Shown here piece after piece: positions 9,430 through 17,542 of a stretch of 64,000 nt of DNA (positions are counted from its first letter, which is position 1; every line of letters begins with the position of its first letter). Origin of the DNA: an uncultured Eubacteriales bacterium (lineage in GTDB: Bacteria; Bacillota; Sulfobacillia; Fermentithermobacillales; Fermentithermobacillaceae); NCBI GenBank assembly GCA_964406505.1, contig CAYORX010000007.1, positions 10,841 through 74,840 on the forward strand, given 5' to 3'. The notes beneath the pieces are model-generated. The model did no database searches and had not been told where the DNA came from. It saw only the letters and a list, made by a program, of their open reading frames with translations. The translations under genes and the position numbers were made by a program.

Positions 9430-10266
9430 ATGATACGGAATAAGTCAAACACAGAATCTGTAACCCGCAATTCGCCAATTGGTATTTTTGATTCGGGAGC
9501 AGGTGGCTTAACAGTTGTAAAGCAAGTTCAAAGATTGCTTCCGAACGAAAATATTTTGTATTTCGGAGATACAGGCCGGGTCCCTTATGGACCCAGGCCT
9601 TTATCGCAAGTACGCAAGTTTTCACTGGAAATTTCGACTTTTTTGCACAGGCAAGGAGCCAAAGCTCTCGTTATAGCATGCAACACTGCCACCGCAGCCG
9701 CACTAACAGCAATCAAAAACTCTCTTTCCATCCCAGTAATAGGCGTGGTTGAACCAGGAGCTAAAGCAGCATTCGACGTTGCTGGTTCTAAAGGAAAAGT
9801 GGGCCTAATAGCTACCCAAGGTACCGTGGACAGCAATGTTTACGAGATAGAACTGACAAAACTCGGCTTACAATCAGCAGTTTTAAATCAAGCTTGCCCT
9901 GAATTCGTTATATTAGTAGAACAAGGAATGACTGACAAAACTGCCGTGGAAAATGCTACCCGAAAATGTACCAGAGTTTTCCGCGACCAACCCGTGGATG
10001 TTTTGATATTAGGATGTACTCACTTTCCATTGCTTTCAGCGTATATCCAAAAACAAATACCCAAAGTAAAACTTATCGATCCGGCTATACACACTGTAAA
10101 ATCTTTGCGATCACAGTTGGAAGAAAATGATCTTTCCCATGACCCCTCAACAAATTCAGAGTACAAGTTTTTTTGCACTGGAGACCCTTTAGAGTTTAAG
10201 AAAAATATTGACTCTATTCTTGGCTCCAATGCTCATAAAGTAGAACATGTAAACTTAAATTCATAA
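9430..10266 (+). CDS. murI: glutamate racemase
   Basis: IGIFDSGAGGLTV, YFGDTGRVPYG, ACNTATA and GCTHFP motifs. Confidence 0.9.
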   Translation: MIRNKSNTESVTRNSPIGIFDSGAGGLTVVKQVQRLLPNENILYFGDTGRVPYGPRPLSQVRKFSLEISTFLHRQGAKALVIACNTATAAALTAIKNSLSIPVIGVVEPGAKAAFDVAGSKGKVGLIATQGTVDSNVYEIELTKLGLQSAVLNQACPEFVILVEQGMTDKTAVENATRKCTRVFRDQPVDVLILGCTHFPLLSAYIQKQIPKVKLIDPAIHTVKSLRSQLEENDLSHDPSTNSEYKFFCTGDPLEFKKNIDSILGSNAHKVEHVNLNS

Positions 10267-10404
10267 CGATAGCAAACTCAATATCGCCGGGATGACAAAC
10301 AATACGAGGCTGCAATGGTTACCGCAGCCTTAATTTGTTCAAACACGATAAAACCTGACAGGCTCAATATTTGTGTCACTAAGTTTAAAAGGAGGTAATT
10401 ATGC

Positions 10405-11649
10405 ATGCCCCAAAACATCCTGGACCCAGTTTTTAAAGCCCGTCAAAAAAAATCACGGCTCATCATAGGCCTTATGTCTGGAACTTCTGCAGATGGAATC
10501 GATGCTTGTTTATGCAAAATACAAGGGGTTGGAGAAACAACTCGAGCGGAGATTTTGCATTTAACATCTGTTCAATATCCATCGTCCGTCGAAACCTTGC
10601 TCACTAGTGAAATATCTAACTTAAATATTGAGCAAATAGCTAGACTGAATTTCTTTATCGGCAAGATTTTTGCAGAGGCTGCAGTTAAATGTATCCTGGC
10701 AGCAGGTTATAATGCTTCTCAAATAGACGCAATCGCGTCACATGGACAAACGCTTGTTCATTTACCTACCGCAGATGCAAGCGATCCTATACTCGTACCT
10801 GCCACTTTGCAAGTAGGAGATATTTCAGTCATTGCACAGCGTACTGGGATACTTACCATAGGTGATTTTCGTCCAGCGGATATGGCCCAAGGGGGTCAAG
10901 GAGCACCTCTCGTACCTTATGCAGATTTTCTTCTCTTCCGGGATCCTAAAATAGGGAGGATAATTCAAAACATTGGGGGAATTGCAAACTTAACTTATTT
11001 ACCGCCAAACTGTACACAAAAAGATGTAATCGCCTTTGATACCGGCCCGGGCAACATGGTGATCGACGCTGTGGTCAATATGCTTACACAGGGTAAATAT
11101 TCAATGGATACTGATGGAGGCTTCGCTACATCTGGAAATGTAAATCAAAAATTGCTGTCTCATCTTCTAAATGATCCGTATTTCGCCATAAAACCACCCA
11201 AAACTACCGGTCGGGAAATGTTCGGCGTTAAATACGCCCGCCAAATCTTGAACATTTATGAAGACTATACAGATGCATTGTTGATTCCAAAAGACCGCCG
11301 CAAACACATATGTAGCTTAGTAGCAACCGTTTCTGAATTGACAGTTCGAACGATTATAGAATCTTATAAATCATGGATTCTTCCAAAGGGCCCCATTCAC
11401 GAGGTTATCTTAGGTGGAGGTGGCGCGCAGAATCCTTATTTATGCGAAAGATTGAACAGCGGTTTGCAAAAAATAGATCCAAACATACGCGTGCTCACTC
11501 ATGAAAATTTCGGCATTCCAAACAAAGCTAAGGAATGCCTAGCTTTTGCAGTGTTGGGAAACAACTTTTTGGGACATGTACCTAACAATATGCCTAGTGC
11601 AACAGGGGCTGAAAAGGCCGTGGTCATGGGCAAATTGGCGCTGCCATAA
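10405..11649 (+). CDS. anmK: anhydro-N-acetylmuramic acid kinase
   Basis: GLMSGTSADGIDA N-terminal signature of AnmK. 414 aa. SD AAAGGAGG. Confidence 0.85.
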   Translation: MPQNILDPVFKARQKKSRLIIGLMSGTSADGIDACLCKIQGVGETTRAEILHLTSVQYPSSVETLLTSEISNLNIEQIARLNFFIGKIFAEAAVKCILAAGYNASQIDAIASHGQTLVHLPTADASDPILVPATLQVGDISVIAQRTGILTIGDFRPADMAQGGQGAPLVPYADFLLFRDPKIGRIIQNIGGIANLTYLPPNCTQKDVIAFDTGPGNMVIDAVVNMLTQGKYSMDTDGGFATSGNVNQKLLSHLLNDPYFAIKPPKTTGREMFGVKYARQILNIYEDYTDALLIPKDRRKHICSLVATVSELTVRTIIESYKSWILPKGPIHEVILGGGGAQNPYLCERLNSGLQKIDPNIRVLTHENFGIPNKAKECLAFAVLGNNFLGHVPNNMPSATGAEKAVVMGKLALP

Positions 11650-11722
11650 ATTTGTATTATGCAGGAACCGCGTAGCTTTTTCACGAAGTGCTTTTAGTGA
11701 CTAAATAAAAGGAGGATTTTAC

Positions 11723-12535
11723 GTGAAAGTTTTCATTTCAAGCGATATTGAGGGCATTTCGGGTGTCGTTACATCCGGAGTTCACACTTCTCCTGGAGGA
11801 AAAGATTATGGGCGTGCCCGCACGCTTATGACGCAAGAAACTAATGCTGCAGTTGAAGGAGCAGTAAATGCTGGTGCTGATCAAATAATAGTAAATGATT
11901 CACACGGGCCAATGAATAACATCCTTATTGAAAAACTAAATCCAGCGGCTAATTTAATTACGGGATCACCAAAACCCCTTTCTATGATGCAGGGCATTGG
12001 AAAAGATTGTTCGGCTGCCATATTTGTGGGCTATCACTCACGCATGGGCACACCGGGGGTGCTGAGCCATACTATATCCGGCGGAAGTGTCGCTAATGTA
12101 TGGATAAACGATATTCTAGTAGGCGAAACGGGCATTAACGCAGGATTAGCGGGATACTTTGGCGTGCCAGTGGTTTTAGTCTGTGGAGATAACGTACTAA
12201 GCGACGAAGTCAAAGAACTTTTACCTCACACAAAAACAGCCGTTGTTAAAACTGCCGTAACCAGGCAATCTGCCCTATGTCTACCACCCGAAAAGGCTCA
12301 AGACCTAATTCGGCAAAAGACAGAAAAAGCGCTTAAGTCGTTGGATTCGGCCAAAGTATGGTTACCAAAATCTCCGATTACTTTTAAAATAGAATTTAAA
12401 GACTCTGGTCAAGCCGAAAATGCATCACACCTTCCTTATTCAGAAATGATCGATCCGAAGACCCTCGCTTTCACCGCAGATGACTACTTAACTGCATTTA
12501 TGGGACTTAGATCTATGATAGCTTTATCTCGGTAA
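11723..12535 (+). CDS. dppA: D-aminopeptidase DppA (peptidase family M55)
   Basis: MKVFISSDIEGISGV..VNDSHG..NN.., colinear with Bacillus DppA. GTG start with AAAGGAGG. Confidence 0.85.
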   Translation: MKVFISSDIEGISGVVTSGVHTSPGGKDYGRARTLMTQETNAAVEGAVNAGADQIIVNDSHGPMNNILIEKLNPAANLITGSPKPLSMMQGIGKDCSAAIFVGYHSRMGTPGVLSHTISGGSVANVWINDILVGETGINAGLAGYFGVPVVLVCGDNVLSDEVKELLPHTKTAVVKTAVTRQSALCLPPEKAQDLIRQKTEKALKSLDSAKVWLPKSPITFKIEFKDSGQAENASHLPYSEMIDPKTLAFTADDYLTAFMGLRSMIALSR

Positions 12536-12560
12536 CTTTCTTAGGATAAAGCAAAACGAT

Positions 12561-12593
12561 AAGGCACGTGAGATTCTACGTGCCTTATTTTTA
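12561..12593 (+). terminator. rho-independent terminator after dppA
   Basis: AAGGCACGT-gagattct-ACGTGCCTT followed by ATTTTTA. Confidence 0.7.
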
Positions 12594-12621
12594 ATTTAAT
12601 AGATTACGGTATGTAAGTTAA

Positions 12622-13542
12622 TTACTCCACCAATCTTGCGCTAACAATCTCCCAAAGTCGCCTGATAGCTTTACCTGCTTCACAATCATAATCTGTAGCA
12701 GGAACACCGTTTACCATAGCTTTTGGGACAGCATGATCGTACGGTATTTCGCCCGCAAGATCGCAATCCATTCGTTCGGCAATATCTTTAATGGTCTGGG
12801 TGTTTTCTAGGTCAATATCATATTTATTTATACAAATAAGCACGGGCACTTGGAAGTGATGACAAACATCGATTATACGCTCAAGATCACTTATCCCCGA
12901 CAAGGTTGGTTCAGTAACGATAAGCGCTAGATCTGCACCTGTGACACATGCAATAACCGGACATCCGGTGCCGGGAGGGCCATCAGTTATGATTATATCT
13001 TTATTCTTTTTCCGTTGGATCTCTTTGCCTTTTATTCTTACGGCAGAAACAAGCTTGCCAGAATTCCCTTCGGCTGGCTCTAACCGCGCATGAATAAAAG
13101 GACCATGATCTGTTTCTGAAATATACCAATGTCCAGACAATGCATCTTTCATAGTGATTGCATTTTCGGGGCATACATGGAAACAGAATCCACAACCCTC
13201 ACACAATAGTTCAATGGATTGAAATGTTCCGTCATCGTTTTTAACAATAGCCCCAAATCGGCAAGTTTCAAAACATTTACCGCAATTAGAACAAATGCTA
13301 GGATCTATATAGGCTTTTTTTGATGCATAAAATGGATACGTCTTTGTATTCCTGGGGTTCAAAAGAAGTGCCAAGTTAGCTGCATCTACATCGCAATCAC
13401 ACAGTACGGCTTTTTGAGCAAGATAAGAAAACCCTCCCGCAACCGAAGTCTTGCCTGTACCACCTTTTCCGCTAAGAATTACCAGTTCGCGTCCTTTACT
13501 TGCACTAGATGACTTGGTTTGTGAATCTACCTGCATTGGCAA
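12622..13542 (-). CDS. MinD/ParA-superfamily P-loop ATPase with inserted 2x[4Fe-4S] ferredoxin domain
   Basis: Walker A SGKGGTGKTS. Two Cys clusters: CSNCGKCFETCRFG and CEGCGFCFHVCPEN. Confidence 0.8.
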   Translation of the reverse strand: MPMQVDSQTKSSSASKGRELVILSGKGGTGKTSVAGGFSYLAQKAVLCDCDVDAANLALLLNPRNTKTYPFYASKKAYIDPSICSNCGKCFETCRFGAIVKNDDGTFQSIELLCEGCGFCFHVCPENAITMKDALSGHWYISETDHGPFIHARLEPAEGNSGKLVSAVRIKGKEIQRKKNKDIIITDGPPGTGCPVIACVTGADLALIVTEPTLSGISDLERIIDVCHHFQVPVLICINKYDIDLENTQTIKDIAERMDCDLAGEIPYDHAVPKAMVNGVPATDYDCEAGKAIRRLWEIVSARLVE

Positions 13543-13593
13543 CGTTCTCCTTTCACAACTTTAATATCTGCTTTTCATCTTGCGCGGCCGGAC

Positions 13594-14496
13594 TTATGAA
13601 CCAGCGCTTTTACGTTGGGACAATCTCTCTACTTTGAGTAATAATTCTTTAAACATGTTTCGATAGTATCTCGAGTGAGCAATGATAGGTTCTCCCCTTG
13701 CATAGAGTTCTGCTATCTTACGATCAAGCGGAATTTCTAAAAGTATCGGAATGTTTTGAGACCTGCAATATTCCTCGACCCTTGTATCGCCAAGATCACA
13801 TCTGTTAATAACTACTCCAGATGGGATGTCAAGTTTTTCCAAAGTTTCAACAGCTAACACTAGATCGTGAAGACCGAAAGGAGTCGGTTCTGTAACAAGA
13901 ATACAAAAATCCGTATTCATAACAGACTCGACCATAGAACACGAATTACCCGCGGGAGCGTCTAGAAACACGGTACCCTTGTCGCGTACCGTAGATCTTA
14001 CACAATCGATCACTGCGGGTGCTAACGGTTCACCCGGATCTAAAAACCCATGGGTGAATAATAGCGGTGCAGCCTGATTTTCGATGTGTTTCAAACTTGC
14101 CGTTCCTGATTCTACAGTACCGATCTGTCTAATAATTTCATTTATTGCTTTGGTAGGACATAGGTATGTGCATACCCCACAACCATGACAAAGTTCAGGT
14201 AATAACAGTATGCTATTTTTAGCAACCACTATGGCATTAAATTCGCAATTATCGCGGCATATGCCACAATATGTACATTTGGTTTCGTCTATTTCAGGAC
14301 TTTTAATTTCAACCGTTTGCTTATTTGCAATTTTAGGATTAAGAAACACATGACAATTAGGCCCTTCAACATCACAATCTAAAAGTTGGATTTCAGAACC
14401 TCGAGACTCATTTTGGGCAGCTTTGGTTAATGCGAGATTGACAGCTACCATTGTCTTGCCGGTTCCTCCTTTTCCACTGGCCACAGAAATTTGCAT
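13594..14496 (-). CDS. MinD/ParA-superfamily P-loop ATPase with inserted 2x[4Fe-4S] ferredoxin domain (paralog of the gene downstream)
   Basis: Walker A SGKGGTGKTM. Cys clusters: CTYCGICRDNCEFN and CHGCGVCTYLCPTK. Confidence 0.8.
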   Translation of the reverse strand: MQISVASGKGGTGKTMVAVNLALTKAAQNESRGSEIQLLDCDVEGPNCHVFLNPKIANKQTVEIKSPEIDETKCTYCGICRDNCEFNAIVVAKNSILLLPELCHGCGVCTYLCPTKAINEIIRQIGTVESGTASLKHIENQAAPLLFTHGFLDPGEPLAPAVIDCVRSTVRDKGTVFLDAPAGNSCSMVESVMNTDFCILVTEPTPFGLHDLVLAVETLEKLDIPSGVVINRCDLGDTRVEEYCRSQNIPILLEIPLDRKIAELYARGEPIIAHSRYYRNMFKELLLKVERLSQRKSAGS

Positions 14497-14756
14497 TGGC
14501 GAACTCTCCTATCTGCGGTTTCTCATAATAAACAACTTAGCGCCCCCGAGTGCCTAGATCTATTCAGATCCGCAAATTTGCATCGGCAAGCGCACATGAC
14601 TTTCTTTGTGGGAGAGGGAGAACAAAACTCCCCTCCCCATAACTTTATTAAATTTCTTGAAAACCACATTTGTAATTAGCACACAGAAAACCCATTTAAA
14701 CATTTAAAACTCTTTATGTTCTTCGTTGATTAGCATAATAAGTTTTTGCATTACAT

Positions 14757-14957
14757 TTATCTTCTACGTCTTGATATCCAACCAACCGGTCTTGACAACC
14801 ATCTCCATCCAAAACCTCTGCCCCTTCGACCTAATCCAAGACCAATCCCTCGGCCACGATTAAGAAATCCCGGAAGGAGGTATCTTGCACAATACCCTAA
14901 ACCTCTGCCTGTCATCGGACCGCGGCCCAAAGGACCAGTCCTATCTCCACCTGGCAT
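14757..14957 (-). CDS. small Gly/Arg-rich protein of the kind found next to NifX-like genes (DUF5320-like, from memory)
   Basis: MPGGDRTGPLGRGPMTGRGLGYCARY..RGRGIGLGLGRRGRGFG. ATG at 14957 with AAGGGGGA 7 nt upstream. The antisense plus-strand 150-aa ORF is rejected. Confidence 0.55.
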   Translation of the reverse strand: MPGGDRTGPLGRGPMTGRGLGYCARYLLPGFLNRGRGIGLGLGRRGRGFGWRWLSRPVGWISRRRR

Positions 14958-14988
14958 ATTTAATCCCCCTTTCAGAATTCGCATAACT

Positions 14989-15369
14989 TTATCTATATCT
15001 ATTTCCTCTTCCTCGCCTCGAAGAACCAGCTATTCCTTTATGCAACTCAAGTTCACCATCGCGGAATTTTTTAACTACTTCGGATACGATTTCGCTTGGA
15101 TCAGCATCGTACATTGCAATTTCGCAAGCAGTAAGAGCAGCAAAAGCGTTAGGCCCCACATGGTTCGCGCACACAGCTTCTACACCTTTATCAGATAAAA
15201 TCTGCGCTGCCTCAGGACCTGCGCCATGACCTGAAGTCGTGGCCGGGTTCGCGGTTGCCTCAATAGAATCAGTATCCAGATCGACTATAACAAAATAAGC
15301 ACATCTACCAAATCTTGAATCTACCTGTGCATCTAAATTATCTCCTTGAGAACAAACTGCAATTTTCAA
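14989..15369 (-). CDS. dinitrogenase FeMo-cofactor-binding domain protein (NifX/NifB C-terminal-like)
   Basis: MKIAVCSQGDNLDAQVDSRFGRCAYFVIVDLD.. is the typical small NifX-like fold signature. TTG start with GGGAGG SD. Confidence 0.7.
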   Translation of the reverse strand: MKIAVCSQGDNLDAQVDSRFGRCAYFVIVDLDTDSIEATANPATTSGHGAGPEAAQILSDKGVEAVCANHVGPNAFAALTACEIAMYDADPSEIVSEVVKKFRDGELELHKGIAGSSRRGRGNRYR

Positions 15370-15452
15370 TTTTAAAAGCCTCCCGCAAATTTAATCAAAA
15401 CCACGCTACCATACTAGCTTGCTCTTTATGTTACTGATATATACCCACAACC

Positions 15453-15480
15453 ATTGTAACGTGTTTTGAATATATGTCAA
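15453..15480 (-). promoter_or_regulatory. sigma-A-type promoter: TTGACA-16 nt-TACAAT driving the NifX-like/MinD-like cluster
   Basis: Minus-strand TTGACAtatattcaaaacacgtTACAAT. The -35 is at 15475-15480 and the -10 at 15453-15458, about 80 nt upstream of the TTG start. Confidence 0.55.
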
Positions 15481-15494
15481 TAATTCTATAGGAT

Positions 15495-16856
15495 TTATTC
15501 TTGGTTTTGCCTTCTATGCATCCGAGAACCATGAAGCACAGCCCACGGCTTGTCACAAACTGTGCCATCATCTCGATCATGAAAATAAAACCGAAGTACT
15601 CGCTGTTGTCCCATATCATCGTAAAACAAGGTGCGGTCATCACTTGCCTTAACCCGAGTCTTTGTTTCGGGGGTTTTCAATAAAATGGCGCTGCCATCCA
15701 TAAAGATCTCGATTCGCCCCCCTTCATCGTTTCGATAAAGTCCAACGAATCTTTGTAATTGCTCGGCCGTAGCATGACAATCTACCTCAACGCTTTTTTG
15801 CGTGTCCAAAGGTAAACCAAGAACTGTATTGACTGCGGCAAGCCAGATCGCAGCCGCAGGAACGGCTCTTACGTTTGTAAGCACGGCTACTGTTAGGTTT
15901 TTTTCTGGAACAAAACCAAAATTCGATGATACACCGGGCTGCGCACCGCTATGTTCTACAAGTGTGATACCGCTATCTGCATAATCAGATGTTACGCGTA
16001 GCGCAAAATTGTAATGGGTCTTTCTGTCTATGGGATACATAGGCGAGTTCCACATCTTTTTAAGCGCTCTGCTAGGCGCAATTCGATGCCCATCGGGCCC
16101 GAGCCCACCTTTAAGGTAAACTTGTCCATATTTCACAAGATCCAGAACACAAGATCTTACTCCACCCCCAACCTCATAAGTACCAAGAACAGGCCATTCA
16201 TGCTTTTCATGAGTTTTTGTTGAGTGATCATAAACATATGGAGTGGAAAGGTTACCCATCTTTTCAAGTTCCTCAATGTTATAAGTAGAACGATTCATAC
16301 CTAATGCATCAAGAATATGCTGTGTCATGTACCGCCGATATATCTGTCCACTTTTGTTTTCAATGAGTAGTCCATTTAATAAAAACGTGTCATTACAATA
16401 ACTGAAATACTCCCCCGGCCTTCCTAATAAATCATAATCTGCATTAGCAATATACCTTACGTGCTCGCGAAGATCGATTATATCTTGTCGACGCTTCATA
16501 GGCGGAACTCCAGTCGTATGTGACAAAAGGTGGCGAATTTTTATAGCTGACATATCTTTTGCACCCACAAGGCTGAATTCTGGAATATGTTTGATAACCG
16601 AATCGTCTGAATTAAGCATTGATTTACCTTCAAGTTGAGCTATAGCCATCGCAGTAAAAGATTTTGATACTGAAGCACACCCGAAAATTGTGTTAGGATT
16701 CACTGGTTCTTGTGATTCTAAATCTACAACGCCAAACCCCTTTGCATAAATTAATTCTTTATCGTTAGCTACTGCAACTGCCGCCCCGACTATATGGTTC
16801 AATTCCATTGTTTTATCAACATATTGCTCAAAAGCCGCCCAATCTACTTTTGTCAT
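15495..16856 (-). CDS. serine hydrolase of the beta-lactamase/D-aminopeptidase/PBP fold
   Basis: SVSKSF (SxxK) active-site motif near the N-terminus. About 450 aa. Likely start MTKVDWAAF.. at 16856 with GGAGGG SD (track: 16934). Confidence 0.7.
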   Translation of the reverse strand: MTKVDWAAFEQYVDKTMELNHIVGAAVAVANDKELIYAKGFGVVDLESQEPVNPNTIFGCASVSKSFTAMAIAQLEGKSMLNSDDSVIKHIPEFSLVGAKDMSAIKIRHLLSHTTGVPPMKRRQDIIDLREHVRYIANADYDLLGRPGEYFSYCNDTFLLNGLLIENKSGQIYRRYMTQHILDALGMNRSTYNIEELEKMGNLSTPYVYDHSTKTHEKHEWPVLGTYEVGGGVRSCVLDLVKYGQVYLKGGLGPDGHRIAPSRALKKMWNSPMYPIDRKTHYNFALRVTSDYADSGITLVEHSGAQPGVSSNFGFVPEKNLTVAVLTNVRAVPAAAIWLAAVNTVLGLPLDTQKSVEVDCHATAEQLQRFVGLYRNDEGGRIEIFMDGSAILLKTPETKTRVKASDDRTLFYDDMGQQRVLRFYFHDRDDGTVCDKPWAVLHGSRMHRRQNQE

Positions 16857-17047
16857 TATCGGCCCTCCCATCCTTTTACTTATTTTCAATAGTTCGCCGC
16901 GTTGGAAGGTTATTCCTATCTTAAACGTTTTCAATCAAATACTGACACTGGTCGTCGATAGCAAACTGCAATAATCGAAAACAGGCCTGCAATTTATAAT
17001 ACAGGCCCGCATTGGTTTGAAGGTGATTAGGTTGTGTTTTTACATCG

Positions 17048-17239
17048 TTATGTTTCTACATCAAACCCCAAATCATCAAGTGCTTCTACAACTATCTTTA
17101 CGTCATTATCATCGCCATCTACAGATATTGTTTTGTTATCAAGAGAAACTTCAAACTTAACACTAGCCGCGTTAAGCGCATTCTTTATTCGGCTTACGCA
17201 ATTTTCACAATGCATTTCAGGTACTTTAAGCGTTTTCAT
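17048..17239 (-). CDS. copZ: copper chaperone, HMA domain
   Basis: 63 aa. MHCENCVSRI metal-binding motif. Confidence 0.85.
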   Translation of the reverse strand: MKTLKVPEMHCENCVSRIKNALNAASVKFEVSLDNKTISVDGDDNDVKIVVEALDDLGFDVET

Positions 17240-17257
17240 GTAAACATCTCCAATCTC

Positions 17258-17542
17258 TCATTTCATGAGCCTTCGCACAATTCGTACAAGTTCATCGACA
17301 ACCTCTTTATCATCTGCCTTGATACCCTCGGCAACACATGTTCTAATATGGTTCCCTATAAGCTCTTTGTTAAATGCATTAAGCGCAGACTGAATTGCCG
17401 ACACTTGAGTAAGAATGTCTATGCAATAAACCTCATTTTCAACCATCCTGCGCACTCCGCGCACTTGACCTTCTATTCGACTCAATCGATTGATTAAAGA
17501 TCTATATTCAGTTTGCTCCCGATGTTTCTTTTTGTCGCTCAT
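17258..17542 (-). CDS. csoR: CsoR-family metal-sensing transcriptional repressor
   Basis: 94 aa. ..RIEGQVRG..RM...YC.D.L.Q..A....L is typical of CsoR/RcnR. Confidence 0.8.
   Translation of the reverse strand: MSDKKKHREQTEYRSLINRLSRIEGQVRGVRRMVENEVYCIDILTQVSAIQSALNAFNKELIGNHIRTCVAEGIKADDKEVVDELVRIVRRLMK

Noticed and set aside
14497-14756. Possible structured RNA in the 260-nt gap between the Gly/Arg-rich gene and the first MinD-like ATPase gene (G-rich/C-rich imperfect dyad GGGAGAGGGAG..CTCCCCTCCCC)
   Set aside because: The stem has several mismatches and no flanking U-tract. It is left only as a possible internal promoter or processing region.
14746-15198. 150-aa plus-strand ORF rich in Pro/Arg (MHYIYLLRLDIQPTGLDNHLHPKPLPLRPNPRP...)
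   Set aside because: It is antisense to the better-supported minus-strand NifX-like gene and to the 66-aa Gly/Arg-rich ORF, which has an ideal SD. It has no SD of its own and has low complexity because it mirrors the Gly/Arg codons.
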